The position numbers were made by a program, and so were the translations under genes. The notes beneath the pieces were generated by a model that was given only the letters and a program-made list of their open reading frames with translations, made no database searches and was not told the DNA's origin. Below are positions 31,770 through 39,505 of a DNA stretch of 39,653 nucleotides, piece by piece. This DNA is from a virus. How positions within the stretch are numbered: position 1 is the stretch's first letter; each line of letters opens with the position of its first letter. The stretch is from UHGV virus genome UHGV-0213571; one strand, given 5' to 3'.

Positions 31770-32629
31770 TGCGCGGCCTCCTGGCGGTCTATGCGTTCAA
31801 TTTCGGCCAGAATAAGTGCGCCAGCTTTCACAAGGTCACGACGCGGCCCAGATTGCTTCCACCAATCAGGAGCCCACGGCCAATGCGCTGGCGTTGAGAA
31901 GCCTTGATTGTGTGCGCTAATCGCATAGCAAGCTGCAGCATCTGCCAGCTCACCGTTTTGATAGGCGTCGTCATGCTCCGATGTCCAACCCTCAACAGCC
32001 CTCTGCCGCTGACGTTCTGATATCACATCCAGAAGTGCAGGATTGAACGCCAGCACCTCCAGTTCAGCAATCCGCTTCTCTGCGGCTTCCAGCTTCTCGC
32101 GCATATCGTCAACGTACTCGACCAGAGATCCGCCAGCAGGAATTTCGCATTCCTCGACCAGTTGGAAGTAGATATCAGCTGCGGCCCGTGTGTTGCTATG
32201 CCTAGCGTCGCCCATCTCACCTTCACGAAGAGCATCGCGTTCGGCGGTAAGATTGGCTATTTTGCTGTCTTTGCCTTCCAGCTCAACGCGCAGCCTCCCA
32301 ACCGTAAGCGCAATATCCTCGTTCTCCTGATCGCGGCGTTTGATGTATTGCTGGTTTCTTTCCCGTTCATCCAGCAGTGCCAGCACGGTAGCTGGACTGG
32401 CTGCGGCGATGAATTCAGCATTGGCCTGCTGTTCCATTTGGAAATCTTCATCGAAACCGCTTTCTGGATGCGCTCCTTCAATTCTGCAAATGGGAATATA
32501 TCCAGCAGCCTCGCGATGAATTAGTGCATCATCACCATCAAATCGGCCCTCTCCATATTCGAGCGACCACACACCACTCGTTGCTTTCTCTGCCTTTTCA
32601 CGCAGTGCCTGATAGTCAATCTTGCTCAC
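31766..32629 (-). CDS. Ead/Ea22-like protein
   Basis: 287 aa acidic coiled-coil protein in the int-proximal early region, as for lambda ea22. Confidence 0.55.
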   Translation of the reverse strand: MSKIDYQALREKAEKATSGVWSLEYGEGRFDGDDALIHREAAGYIPICRIEGAHPESGFDEDFQMEQQANAEFIAAASPATVLALLDERERNQQYIKRRDQENEDIALTVGRLRVELEGKDSKIANLTAERDALREGEMGDARHSNTRAAADIYFQLVEECEIPAGGSLVEYVDDMREKLEAAEKRIAELEVLAFNPALLDVISERQRQRAVEGWTSEHDDAYQNGELADAAACYAISAHNQGFSTPAHWPWAPDWWKQSGPRRDLVKAGALILAEIERIDRQEAAQ

Positions 32630-33273
32630 TGGTTACCTCCTTTGCGAAGCTCTGCGGCGAACTCGTTAAGTGATATGTAGCAATCTCCAAATGTTAACGA
32701 ACCGCTCGACTGCATATGCTCCATAGCCATCTCCACACCCTGCGCACGTACTTCAGCCAGAAAAGTGTCGGTGGCTGGGGTTTCGATATTAGGTAGAAGC
32801 GCATAATCGCAAATCGTATCGATCGCAGGATCACAACAGTCATCCTCGTTGCGTGGTCGTTCGCCAACCTTCGTTGACGATTGCATGATGATTCCCCAGC
32901 AAATACTATCGACCTCTTCGCTCCATCCATCGCAAGCATCACCGCGATAGTCGTCGATTGCAGCCTCAGCCGATTCGATAGCTTCCTCAGCAGTTTTGTG
33001 CCATTCGAAATTATGCTCAGAGCCATATGAGAAATATGAATGTCCCGCCTTCAGCCCAGCATTCTCCGCTGCCAGCGCCACGCACTTGGCCTCAAGGTTA
33101 TCAATCGTGATTCCAGCAGAACGACACTCCCGCAACGCCGTTTCCAGTTTTGATTCAAGTTCACCGAACTTACGGACAAGATATTCAGCGTTTGTTTCGT
33201 TAACCTTTAAATCACTTGGGATGCATTTACCTTTCAGAAATCCATCCATCTCAATTAGTGTCATTTGTTTCAT
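32626..33273 (-). CDS. Hypothetical protein (Ea-region)
   Basis: ORF track 32626..33291; start [11 protein letters not shown] at 33273 preferred because it is translationally coupled (ATGA) to an upstream small ORF. Confidence 0.5.
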   Translation of the reverse strand: MKQMTLIEMDGFLKGKCIPSDLKVNETNAEYLVRKFGELESKLETALRECRSAGITIDNLEAKCVALAAENAGLKAGHSYFSYGSEHNFEWHKTAEEAIESAEAAIDDYRGDACDGWSEEVDSICWGIIMQSSTKVGERPRNEDDCCDPAIDTICDYALLPNIETPATDTFLAEVRAQGVEMAMEHMQSSGSLTFGDCYISLNEFAAELRKGGNQ

Positions 33274-33434
33274 TTTTTTCCACTCCGCCACATCGCATTC
33301 AGATATTTGTTTTGATTCACTGATGGAAAAGAATTTCTCTTAAGCAATTCCTCTCTCGATGGCATTGGCTTTACGCGTTGGCGAATAATCATTTCTGCCG
33401 GAAGAATGCCGGGATTGTATGCAAGTCCTCTCAT
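33270..33434 (-). CDS. Small hypothetical protein (about 53 aa), translationally coupled on both sides
   Basis: ATG at 33434 overlaps stop of upstream gene (ATGA); its stop overlaps ATG of downstream gene; below ORF-track size cutoff. Confidence 0.3.
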   Translation of the reverse strand: MRGLAYNPGILPAEMIIRQRVKPMPSREELLKRNSFPSVNQNKYLNAMWRSGKK

Positions 33435-33712
33435 GATTTACTCTCCATGAACTGGTCAATAGCCATGCTAAGTGACATACCTAAAGTTTCGATATGCTGC
33501 TGAATATCCTGTAGCGTCTGCGCCTGAGATAACAGGATTTCACGGTTGCATAACTCTTTAACCAGATGCTCAAACTTGCTGTAATAACCGATACGACTTA
33601 GTGTTTCTTTCCCTGCATTCTCACCTTCTTTGATAATTCCTCTTTCACTAAGAATCAGGTCGTGTTTGGTTCCGGTAATAACGTATTTTCCGAGGTCGAT
33701 GTTTAGCTTCAT
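33431..33712 (-). CDS. Hypothetical protein
   Basis: 93-aa ORF in operon context. Confidence 0.45.
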   Translation of the reverse strand: MKLNIDLGKYVITGTKHDLILSERGIIKEGENAGKETLSRIGYYSKFEHLVKELCNREILLSQAQTLQDIQQHIETLGMSLSMAIDQFMESKS

Positions 33713-33728
33713 TGTTAATTATTCCATG

Positions 33729-34043
33729 TTAATTTATTCGTATGCCTGCTCTTTCTTCATCGAGTTTTTTTAGCTTGTATCGCATAGCTCTTACTGAATA
33801 AATTGAGCGGCAGGTTGCAATTGCTATTTCTTCTACGGAGAACTTACCGAAAAGTGATACTTCTGCTCTTGTCCAGCGTCTTCCACGAAGTCGGCTAACA
33901 ATGTCAGCGCCAATCCTTGTTGCTTTCGCCATTACTGCTTTTTCAGTCCTTTCCAGTTTTTCAGCAATAACTTCAACTGGCATTGTCGCCGATACTTCGC
34001 GCAAGAAATCGACTTCCCATTTCTCCCATGGAGTCTTTTTCAT
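33729..34043 (-). CDS. Hypothetical basic protein, possible DNA-binding
   Basis: 104 aa, Arg/Lys-rich, helical. Confidence 0.45.
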   Translation of the reverse strand: MKKTPWEKWEVDFLREVSATMPVEVIAEKLERTEKAVMAKATRIGADIVSRLRGRRWTRAEVSLFGKFSVEEIAIATCRSIYSVRAMRYKLKKLDEERAGIRIN

Positions 34044-34054
34044 AGGCGATACCG

Positions 34055-34543
34055 TTATTTGATAAGAAGTGAAGGTTTCCCAACTTTGAGTTGAGCGCCG
34101 GGGATATTTATTCCTGCTTTTAGTTGGTGTTTGATTGCCAGTTTGTCGGCTTTAATTGTCGTTTCAAACTCAACGTATTCAGGAGGAAGGGCGCTTGAGT
34201 CGATGATTTCTACAGTTTCTGACGGTTTGCGGATTGTTACCTGGTGAATACCTGCTCGAATCTTTTTCTTGCCAACCATTTCAAGCGATGACGCTATATA
34301 CGCCATAATGCTGTCAATCTTATTTTGAATTACTGCGGCTCGCTCATTCAGTGACTTTGCCTCTTCCTTGAGGCGTTCGGCATAACCAGATTCATTTTTA
34401 ATGACGGAAAGAAGTTGCTCTATTTTATCGGTAAATTCTCCTTCCATGCCTTCTATTGTGTCAGCAATCATCTCTGGTTCTAAATCTGAATCCATCAATT
34501 TTGCGTACTCATTGGCAATTTCATACAGTTTGCTCACTGGCAA
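34055..34543 (-). CDS. Putative recombination-associated protein (Gp157-like)
   Basis: 162 aa, immediately downstream of and overlapping recT; family assignment from memory only. Confidence 0.4.
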   Translation of the reverse strand: MPVSKLYEIANEYAKLMDSDLEPEMIADTIEGMEGEFTDKIEQLLSVIKNESGYAERLKEEAKSLNERAAVIQNKIDSIMAYIASSLEMVGKKKIRAGIHQVTIRKPSETVEIIDSSALPPEYVEFETTIKADKLAIKHQLKAGINIPGAQLKVGKPSLLIK

Positions 34544-35432
34544 CCTCCAGTTTCGCTTTGCATTCTGCGTAAATGGCTTGTACGTTCTGCTGCAATTTCA
34601 TTCCAGATGTCAGGCGATATGCTTCTGCAAAATATCGCTTCAAATCATCCATGTTTTCTGCCTGAGCCATTTCATCGCAAAGAAGTTGTGCTTTATCCAT
34701 TATTTCCTGCTGGCGTTTCCGTTCATCTTCGCGGATATCTTCCTCTGATTTGTGCGGCATAACTGGTTCAGTCCACACACCTTCTTCTTCGTTTAGTACG
34801 TGAATAGCACTATCAAGACGTGATGCCTTAGGCCAATACTTGCTTGCACGCTTTACGACCGTCTTTCGCGCCATCTCATTCCAGTGATTTACCCATGGTC
34901 CTTTATCGCTGAATGCTGCCTTGCTTGTTTTCCTTACAGCCTCAATTTCAGCCAGACTCATCTCTTCCGTTAGATAATCACCTGCTGGCGTCTTAACTGT
35001 GCAGTAAACGCCAACGATATCACCACGATCACCGAAGGCGTTGTATTTATGGGTTGGTGCTTTATCAAGCCCGTTTGACTCATAGGTATCGTTAGCATGA
35101 ACAAGTTTTGCCTGACCCCATGAGATAACACCAGACTCCATTGCAATATGGAGCAATCCCATATAGCTGATATCAAGGCAAACCATGCCGTCGCGCGGAA
35201 CCAGATAAGCCAGTTTGCTGGCCGGGTTTAAGGTGATGCCGATCGCCGCAACATTGATGATGGCGTTCTGTGCGCTGGTTGGATTTGCCAGTGCCGTTTT
35301 AGCCAGGTAATCGTTTTTCTGGAAATACTGAATTGCAAACTGGCTTTCCTTAGCCCATGTCACCGTCTGTTCAGTCAATGCTCCGCAGAATAACTGCTCT
35401 TGCTGTTTAACGAATTCAACGATATTGCTCAT
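34521..35432 (-). CDS. recT: RecT-family single-strand annealing recombinase
   Basis: Motif GPWVNHWNEMARKTVVKRASKYWP resembles Rac RecT GPWVTHWEEMAKKTAIRRLFKYLP. Confidence 0.8.
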   Translation of the reverse strand: MSNIVEFVKQQEQLFCGALTEQTVTWAKESQFAIQYFQKNDYLAKTALANPTSAQNAIINVAAIGITLNPASKLAYLVPRDGMVCLDISYMGLLHIAMESGVISWGQAKLVHANDTYESNGLDKAPTHKYNAFGDRGDIVGVYCTVKTPAGDYLTEEMSLAEIEAVRKTSKAAFSDKGPWVNHWNEMARKTVVKRASKYWPKASRLDSAIHVLNEEEGVWTEPVMPHKSEEDIREDERKRQQEIMDKAQLLCDEMAQAENMDDLKRYFAEAYRLTSGMKLQQNVQAIYAECKAKLEVASEQTV

Positions 35433-35740
35433 GCAGCTTCTCCATAAATATGTCTGCGTTTGAATATTGCGAAGGCATATTCAGCCTTAACTCTTTCGGT
35501 TATTGCATCCCAGAACCATTCAGCGGCTTTTTCCTGATAGTTACAGTCATCATCTTCCAGCCAGTCGATAGCGTCCTTAGTGTGTTCATCTGGTTTATAT
35601 GAGCGAAGCATTTCGCTTATTGGGTCGCAACGTTTGCAGAGGCGATCAACTTCACTGTTGATTCGTTCGTAATCTTCATCAGTAAAACTTGCGATGATTT
35701 GCGATATTTCACGCTTATCATTCAGAGTCAGAATCATCAT
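35429..35740 (-). CDS. Hypothetical acidic protein upstream of recT
   Basis: 103 aa, acidic; occupies the slot where an exonuclease or anti-RecBCD gene is usually found. Confidence 0.45.
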   Translation of the reverse strand: MMILTLNDKREISQIIASFTDEDYERINSEVDRLCKRCDPISEMLRSYKPDEHTKDAIDWLEDDDCNYQEKAAEWFWDAITERVKAEYAFAIFKRRHIYGEAA

Positions 35741-35827
35741 CTTTCTCCTGTTCTTTGTGCTGATTGAGCATTTTGTTCATCTGACGAATGAATTCTTCGT
35801 CTGACCAGTTATCTGTAAAACTCATGG

Positions 35828-35992
35828 GCGGCCTTGTTGTTTCAAAATATCCCAAAGCTTTTCGAGCAAGCTTTTCATTCTTGGTTGTTTAAAGTCTGCT
35901 CCGGTTAAAATATTTTTTCGTGAATGCTGTACCGATAAAATCGGGTTGAAAGGGCGAACCGATGCCGCCCCTGCAATAGCGAACTGTTGCAT
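35828..35992 (-). CDS. cIII: cIII-like protein (FtsH/HflB inhibitor)
   Basis: 54-aa product MQQFAIAGAASV...LLEKLWDILKQQGRP resembles lambda CIII (MQYAIAG...LIDILNQPG); GGAGCA RBS; below ORF-track cutoff. Confidence 0.5.
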
Positions 35993-36067
35993 AGGATGCT
36001 CCTTCTGTTTGATTGCATAACGAAAACGCCTCGAGTGAAGCGTTATTGGTATGCGGTAAAGCCGCGC

Positions 36068-36379
36068 TTAGGCGGCTGATGTTTCTTCTTTCAGGCTTTC
36101 GAGATATTTACGTGGGTCGTCGTAACATTGGCATTCGCTGTACCAATCCACCCAGCGATCAGTAAGCCCCATCTCTGATAAATCTTCATCGGTAAGGCTC
36201 TCATCCCACATTTCAAGGCCGTTAGCATTGCAGTAATCAGGCTTGATGTTGTTGTCATACTGAAAGGCGTCATAATCAGCCAGTGCGTCCATCAGGCGAA
36301 CACCCTCTTCAACACTTGCCACTTCTACAATGAACGGCTTCATAGGTACTTGCGGGATATGCCAGACACGTAATTTCAT
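36068..36379 (-). CDS. Hypothetical acidic small protein (early-left operon)
   Basis: 103 aa, strongly acidic, RBS CCTCC complement upstream; no recognised domain. Confidence 0.5.
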   Translation of the reverse strand: MKLRVWHIPQVPMKPFIVEVASVEEGVRLMDALADYDAFQYDNNIKPDYCNANGLEMWDESLTDEDLSEMGLTDRWVDWYSECQCYDDPRKYLESLKEETSAA

Positions 36380-36390
36380 ATTTCCTCCGT

Positions 36391-36419
36391 CAAAAAATTG
36401 CCCTCACACTGGAGGGCAA
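36391..36419 (-). terminator. Rho-independent terminator (minus strand), tL-like
   Basis: Minus-strand TTGCCCTC-CAGTGT-GAGGGCAA hairpin followed by TTTTTTG. Confidence 0.55.
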
Positions 36420-36521
36420 AGAAGATTTCCAATAATCAGAACAAGTCGGCTCCTGTTTAGTTACGAGCGACATTGCTCCGTGTATTCACTCGTTGGAATG
36501 AATACACAGTGCTTATTCGTA

Positions 36522-36992
36522 CTAATAAAACACCCAGTTTTCTGTTTCTTGGTTGTGTCCAAAGTTATATTCAATATCTGGTGTTGATGTATCAATATTC
36601 TTCATCCCATCAACAAGAGTTGATACAACAGCCAAATCTTGTTTGATTCTCATTAAATGGTATTTCTTCCGGCGCAATAAACTTTCAATGGCAAGTTTCT
36701 TCGTTGGGAATGCAAAAGATCTTTCTGCATTTTTTGCTACTTTCTTAATTGCATATCTATTTCTCTTTTGTTTCCATTCCTGTAACCACTGATTTGGTGC
36801 TGGTTTAAAATTAACAATCCAATGCGCAGGAACCAACCATGCATAATGCTCTGTCTGATGAAAAGCTATATATTGAAGTGCGAATATTTTGATTCCATCT
36901 TCTTCAACTGTCGCCTGGAATCTCCAGAAAACAGGCATTCCATCATGTTCAGTTTCTGATTCAGGAAAAGGTACGCTCCATGATTTTGTCAT
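36522..36992 (-). CDS. Hypothetical protein, AT-rich moron between N and cIII
   Basis: 156-aa ORF, visibly lower GC than neighbours, followed by 9-bp-stem hairpin (36480-36507) and the terminator. Confidence 0.5.
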   Translation of the reverse strand: MTKSWSVPFPESETEHDGMPVFWRFQATVEEDGIKIFALQYIAFHQTEHYAWLVPAHWIVNFKPAPNQWLQEWKQKRNRYAIKKVAKNAERSFAFPTKKLAIESLLRRKKYHLMRIKQDLAVVSTLVDGMKNIDTSTPDIEYNFGHNQETENWVFY

Positions 36993-37000
36993 ATCTCACC

Positions 37001-37300
37001 TCAAATAAGTGGTTTGCTGCCTAATTTCATTTTCTGGCGACCAACACAAGTCACACCCATTTCACTGCGTGGCTTGCGGTAGTAAATACGGTTCTGTTTA
37101 CACTCGACTTCTTCTGCCTTCTTGCAGCGAAGGCTTCCGAGTGACGCTGCTTTGTCTGCTCTGACGCAACCAGAGAGCTTTAGCGCAATCTTTCGCGCCA
37201 GTCTCTGTTCTTTCATTGCCTGTTCACGTTGAGCCTGTCTTCGTGCTCTGCGGCGATTTCTGGCGTTATCGTCAGCCAGATATGTAATGACTACTGTCAT
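37001..37300 (-). CDS. N: Antitermination protein N (arginine-rich motif type)
   Basis: N-terminal arginine-rich motif (NARNRRRARRQAQREQ) directly downstream of nutL boxA/boxB; first gene of pL operon. Confidence 0.65.
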   Translation of the reverse strand: MTVVITYLADDNARNRRRARRQAQREQAMKEQRLARKIALKLSGCVRADKAASLGSLRCKKAEEVECKQNRIYYRKPRSEMGVTCVGRQKMKLGSKPLI

Positions 37301-37406
37301 GTTGACCTCCGATGATTGACTTTGGCGGTGACGCGCCGGGTGCTTATCTTCCGGTTGCCGTCGTGCAGCTGCACTTCACGTCACCCCAAAGCCAACTACT
37401 CTTTGG

Positions 37407-37448
37407 TTCCCGCATTTCGGCTGGACAATCCCATCAATGTTAAAGAGC
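37407..37448 (-). promoter_or_regulatory. nutL site: boxA (GCTCTTTAACA) and boxB hairpin (CCGAAATGCGGG core)
   Basis: Minus-strand sequence nearly identical to nutR copy at 39078-39122. Confidence 0.55.
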
Positions 37449-37496
37449 CTGCCAATCTGTTCCGTTTGGCTACCAGCGTCCTGCTGATGGCTAAAG

Positions 37497-37581
37497 AATA
37501 CTGTAGGTATTTTATTGTGTAAATACCCAAGGTATTTATTTTTGATGAAATAATGATAAACAAATGAATACAAAGGATATT
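37497..37581. promoter_or_regulatory. OL operator cluster with overlapping pL: three 15-bp sites of form AATAC-N5-GTATT (37497-37511, 37522-37536, 37567-37581, the last with ATATT half-site)
   Basis: Inverted-repeat half-sites seen directly; same motif recurs in OR. Confidence 0.55.
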
Positions 37582-37667
37582 TATTTTTTCGGTGTCTGCT
37601 TGTTCAGTGCTTTTTATGCGGGATATGTGAAGTGGATCCCGATAGCTATTGCTGCCGGGATTATGGG

Positions 37668-38057
37668 TTAGTCAGCGAAGGTTAAGACGAGAATTACCTT
37701 AATGATGTCTGCTACAACAGACACGGCCATAGATAAACCAAAGACGATCCAAGCCATAGAGATGTCTTCACTACCATCGTATAGAGTTCCGTAATCACTG
37801 GTGTAAGGCGTAAATGTCGCGCCTTGATACAATAGGTATAAGCTTGAACCATAGAGGATAAATGCAGATATCCCTTGTATTGCTATGATCACTAGAATCA
37901 TGAAACGAGCTGATCTATGCGCCCAAGCCTGGCTTATTTTTTCTGATAGAGATTTCGCAATAAAAGCATGCGCTAAGCCGTAAATTGTCGAGATTGCCAA
38001 CATCCCAAAAAAGCTTGCTATAGCGGTTCCAACCATAATCGCCCCTTGCGTGATCAA
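37668..38057 (-). CDS. Small polytopic membrane protein co-transcribed with cI (rex-position); candidate superinfection-exclusion / abortive-infection factor
   Basis: 129 aa with about 4 hydrophobic segments; ATGA start-stop overlap with cI. Confidence 0.55.
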   Translation of the reverse strand: MITQGAIMVGTAIASFFGMLAISTIYGLAHAFIAKSLSEKISQAWAHRSARFMILVIIAIQGISAFILYGSSLYLLYQGATFTPYTSDYGTLYDGSEDISMAWIVFGLSMAVSVVADIIKVILVLTFAD

Positions 38058-38770
38058 ACCAGCCTTAGTTTTGTCTCAATTGCAACGCCTATAATCTTGC
38101 AGTTTCCATTGATTGGCACGAGAGGCCATGCAGGATTAAGTCCCTTGAGGTATTTATTTCCGCCGTCGATTATCAGCTTCTTGAATGTTGCTTCGTTAGA
38201 GTCAGAAAGTTTTGCTATGACCAAGCTGCCGTTGATCGCCTCCCTTCCGGTATCGAAAAGAACGAATGTTCCCTCTGGAATGCTTAACCCAACCGGTGCC
38301 GTCATTGAATCACCTTCCACTTTAAGCCAAAACGCATTACCTTGAATATGCGCGTCAGACTCAAGCCAAACATCTATGTCTTTAATGGTGTATGGTTCGC
38401 ATGCTTCACACCACGAGCCAGCCTGGATACTGCTTAACACCGGATACCTCTTTCCTGCTCTGTATTCCCCTGCATACCTTACGTTGGCATCGCTCTTAAG
38501 GCTTTCTGCCTGTTCTGCAACCTTGGCAGCAATTGACTGGCTAAAATCAGCAATTGAGACTTGCAACAATCGTGCAAAACCAGATGCAACCTCAACGTTT
38601 AGCGCGTTTCTGCCATTAAGATAATGCCCTACCGCTCCTTGGGTGATACCCAGTTCATCAGCGATTGAGTATTGGGTTATTCCCAATTCTTTCTTTTTTG
38701 ACTCATACAAAGCCTTAAGCCGCTTAGCGTCTTCGAGCTGTTCTGTCGTCAGTGATTTTTTATTTTCCAT
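38054..38770 (-). CDS. cI: CI repressor (HTH + LexA-like S24 autopeptidase domain)
   Basis: 238 aa; N-terminus LTTEQLEDAKRLKALYESKKKELG and C-terminal FWLKVEGDSMTAP...TFKKLI closely parallel lambda CI; different recognition-helix region. Confidence 0.9.
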   Translation of the reverse strand: MENKKSLTTEQLEDAKRLKALYESKKKELGITQYSIADELGITQGAVGHYLNGRNALNVEVASGFARLLQVSIADFSQSIAAKVAEQAESLKSDANVRYAGEYRAGKRYPVLSSIQAGSWCEACEPYTIKDIDVWLESDAHIQGNAFWLKVEGDSMTAPVGLSIPEGTFVLFDTGREAINGSLVIAKLSDSNEATFKKLIIDGGNKYLKGLNPAWPLVPINGNCKIIGVAIETKLRLV

Positions 38771-38805
38771 AGCTTAATTCTAATAGCTAAGGTACTTAAA
38801 CTAAA

Positions 38806-38847
38806 AATACCCTGAGTATTGATTGCTTTGAATACCTGTAGTATTCT
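38806..38847. promoter_or_regulatory. OR operators (AATACCCTGAGTATT 38806-38820; AATACCTGTAGTATT 38831-38845) with candidate pR (-35 TTGATT 38819-38824, -10 TATTCT 38842-38847)
   Basis: Same AATAC-N5-GTATT motif as OL; located between divergent cI and cro. Confidence 0.55.
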
Positions 38848-38876
38848 TTGTTCATGGTTAATAACGGAGAGTGCAT

Positions 38877-39071
38877 ATGATTCGAATGACACTTGCCGAT
38901 TACGCCAAAATCCATGGACAGGCTAAAGCAGCCAGTGACTTTGGTGTAATCCAGTGCGCTATCAGCAAGGCCATTCTGGCAGGCCGTAACATCATGGTTA
39001 CGGTAAAGCCTGATGGCAGTGTGATTGGAGAGGAAGTTCGTCCTTTCCCAAGCAACAAGAAAAACAAATAG
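38877..39071 (+). CDS. cro: Cro repressor
   Basis: Product ...[58 protein letters not shown] parallels lambda Cro; GGAGA RBS. Confidence 0.8.
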   Translation: MIRMTLADYAKIHGQAKAASDFGVIQCAISKAILAGRNIMVTVKPDGSVIGEEVRPFPSNKKNK

Positions 39072-39077
39072 TAACAC

Positions 39078-39122
39078 CGCTCTTTAACAGTCATGGTCCT
39101 CATTCCCGCCGAAATGCGGGAA
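39078..39122 (+). promoter_or_regulatory. nutR site: boxA CGCTCTTTAACA (39078-39089) and boxB hairpin TTCCCGC-CGAAAT-GCGGGAA (39103-39122)
   Basis: Perfect 7-bp stem boxB downstream of boxA-like sequence, immediately after cro. Confidence 0.6.
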
Positions 39123-39179
39123 TACAACGCGCATAAGTAGATGCGCATAACTTCTTATTTGTTAAGGAAATACTTACAT

Positions 39180-39473
39180 ATGGTTCGTGCAAACAAACGC
39201 AACGAGGCTCTAAGAATCGAGAGTGCGTTGCTTAACAAAATCGCAATGCTTGGAACTGAGAAGACAGCGGAAGCTGTGGGAGTTGATAAGTCGCAGATCA
39301 GCAGGTGGAAGAGGGATTGGATTCCAAAGTTCTCAATGCTGCTTGCTGTTCTTGAATGGGGCGTCGTCGACGACGATATGGCTCGATTGGCACGACAAGT
39401 TGCTTCGATTCTCACCAATAAAAAACGCCCGGAGGCAACCGAGCGTTCTGAACAAATCCAGATGGAATTCTGA
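39180..39473 (+). CDS. cII: CII transcriptional activator
   Basis: Product MVRANKRNEALRIESALLNKIAMLGTEKTAEAVGVDKSQISRWKRDWIPKF... near-identical to remembered lambda CII; AAGGA RBS. Confidence 0.85.
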   Translation: MVRANKRNEALRIESALLNKIAMLGTEKTAEAVGVDKSQISRWKRDWIPKFSMLLAVLEWGVVDDDMARLARQVASILTNKKRPEATERSEQIQMEF

Positions 39474-39505
39474 GGTCATTACTGGATCAATCCACAGGAG
39501 TAATT

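Noticed and set aside
35718-35825. About 35-codon minus-strand ORF (MSFTDNWSDEEFIRQ...) between cIII-like gene and the acidic protein as a kil homologue
   Set aside because: Position fits kil but the peptide is too short and shows no similarity I can recognise; left unannotated
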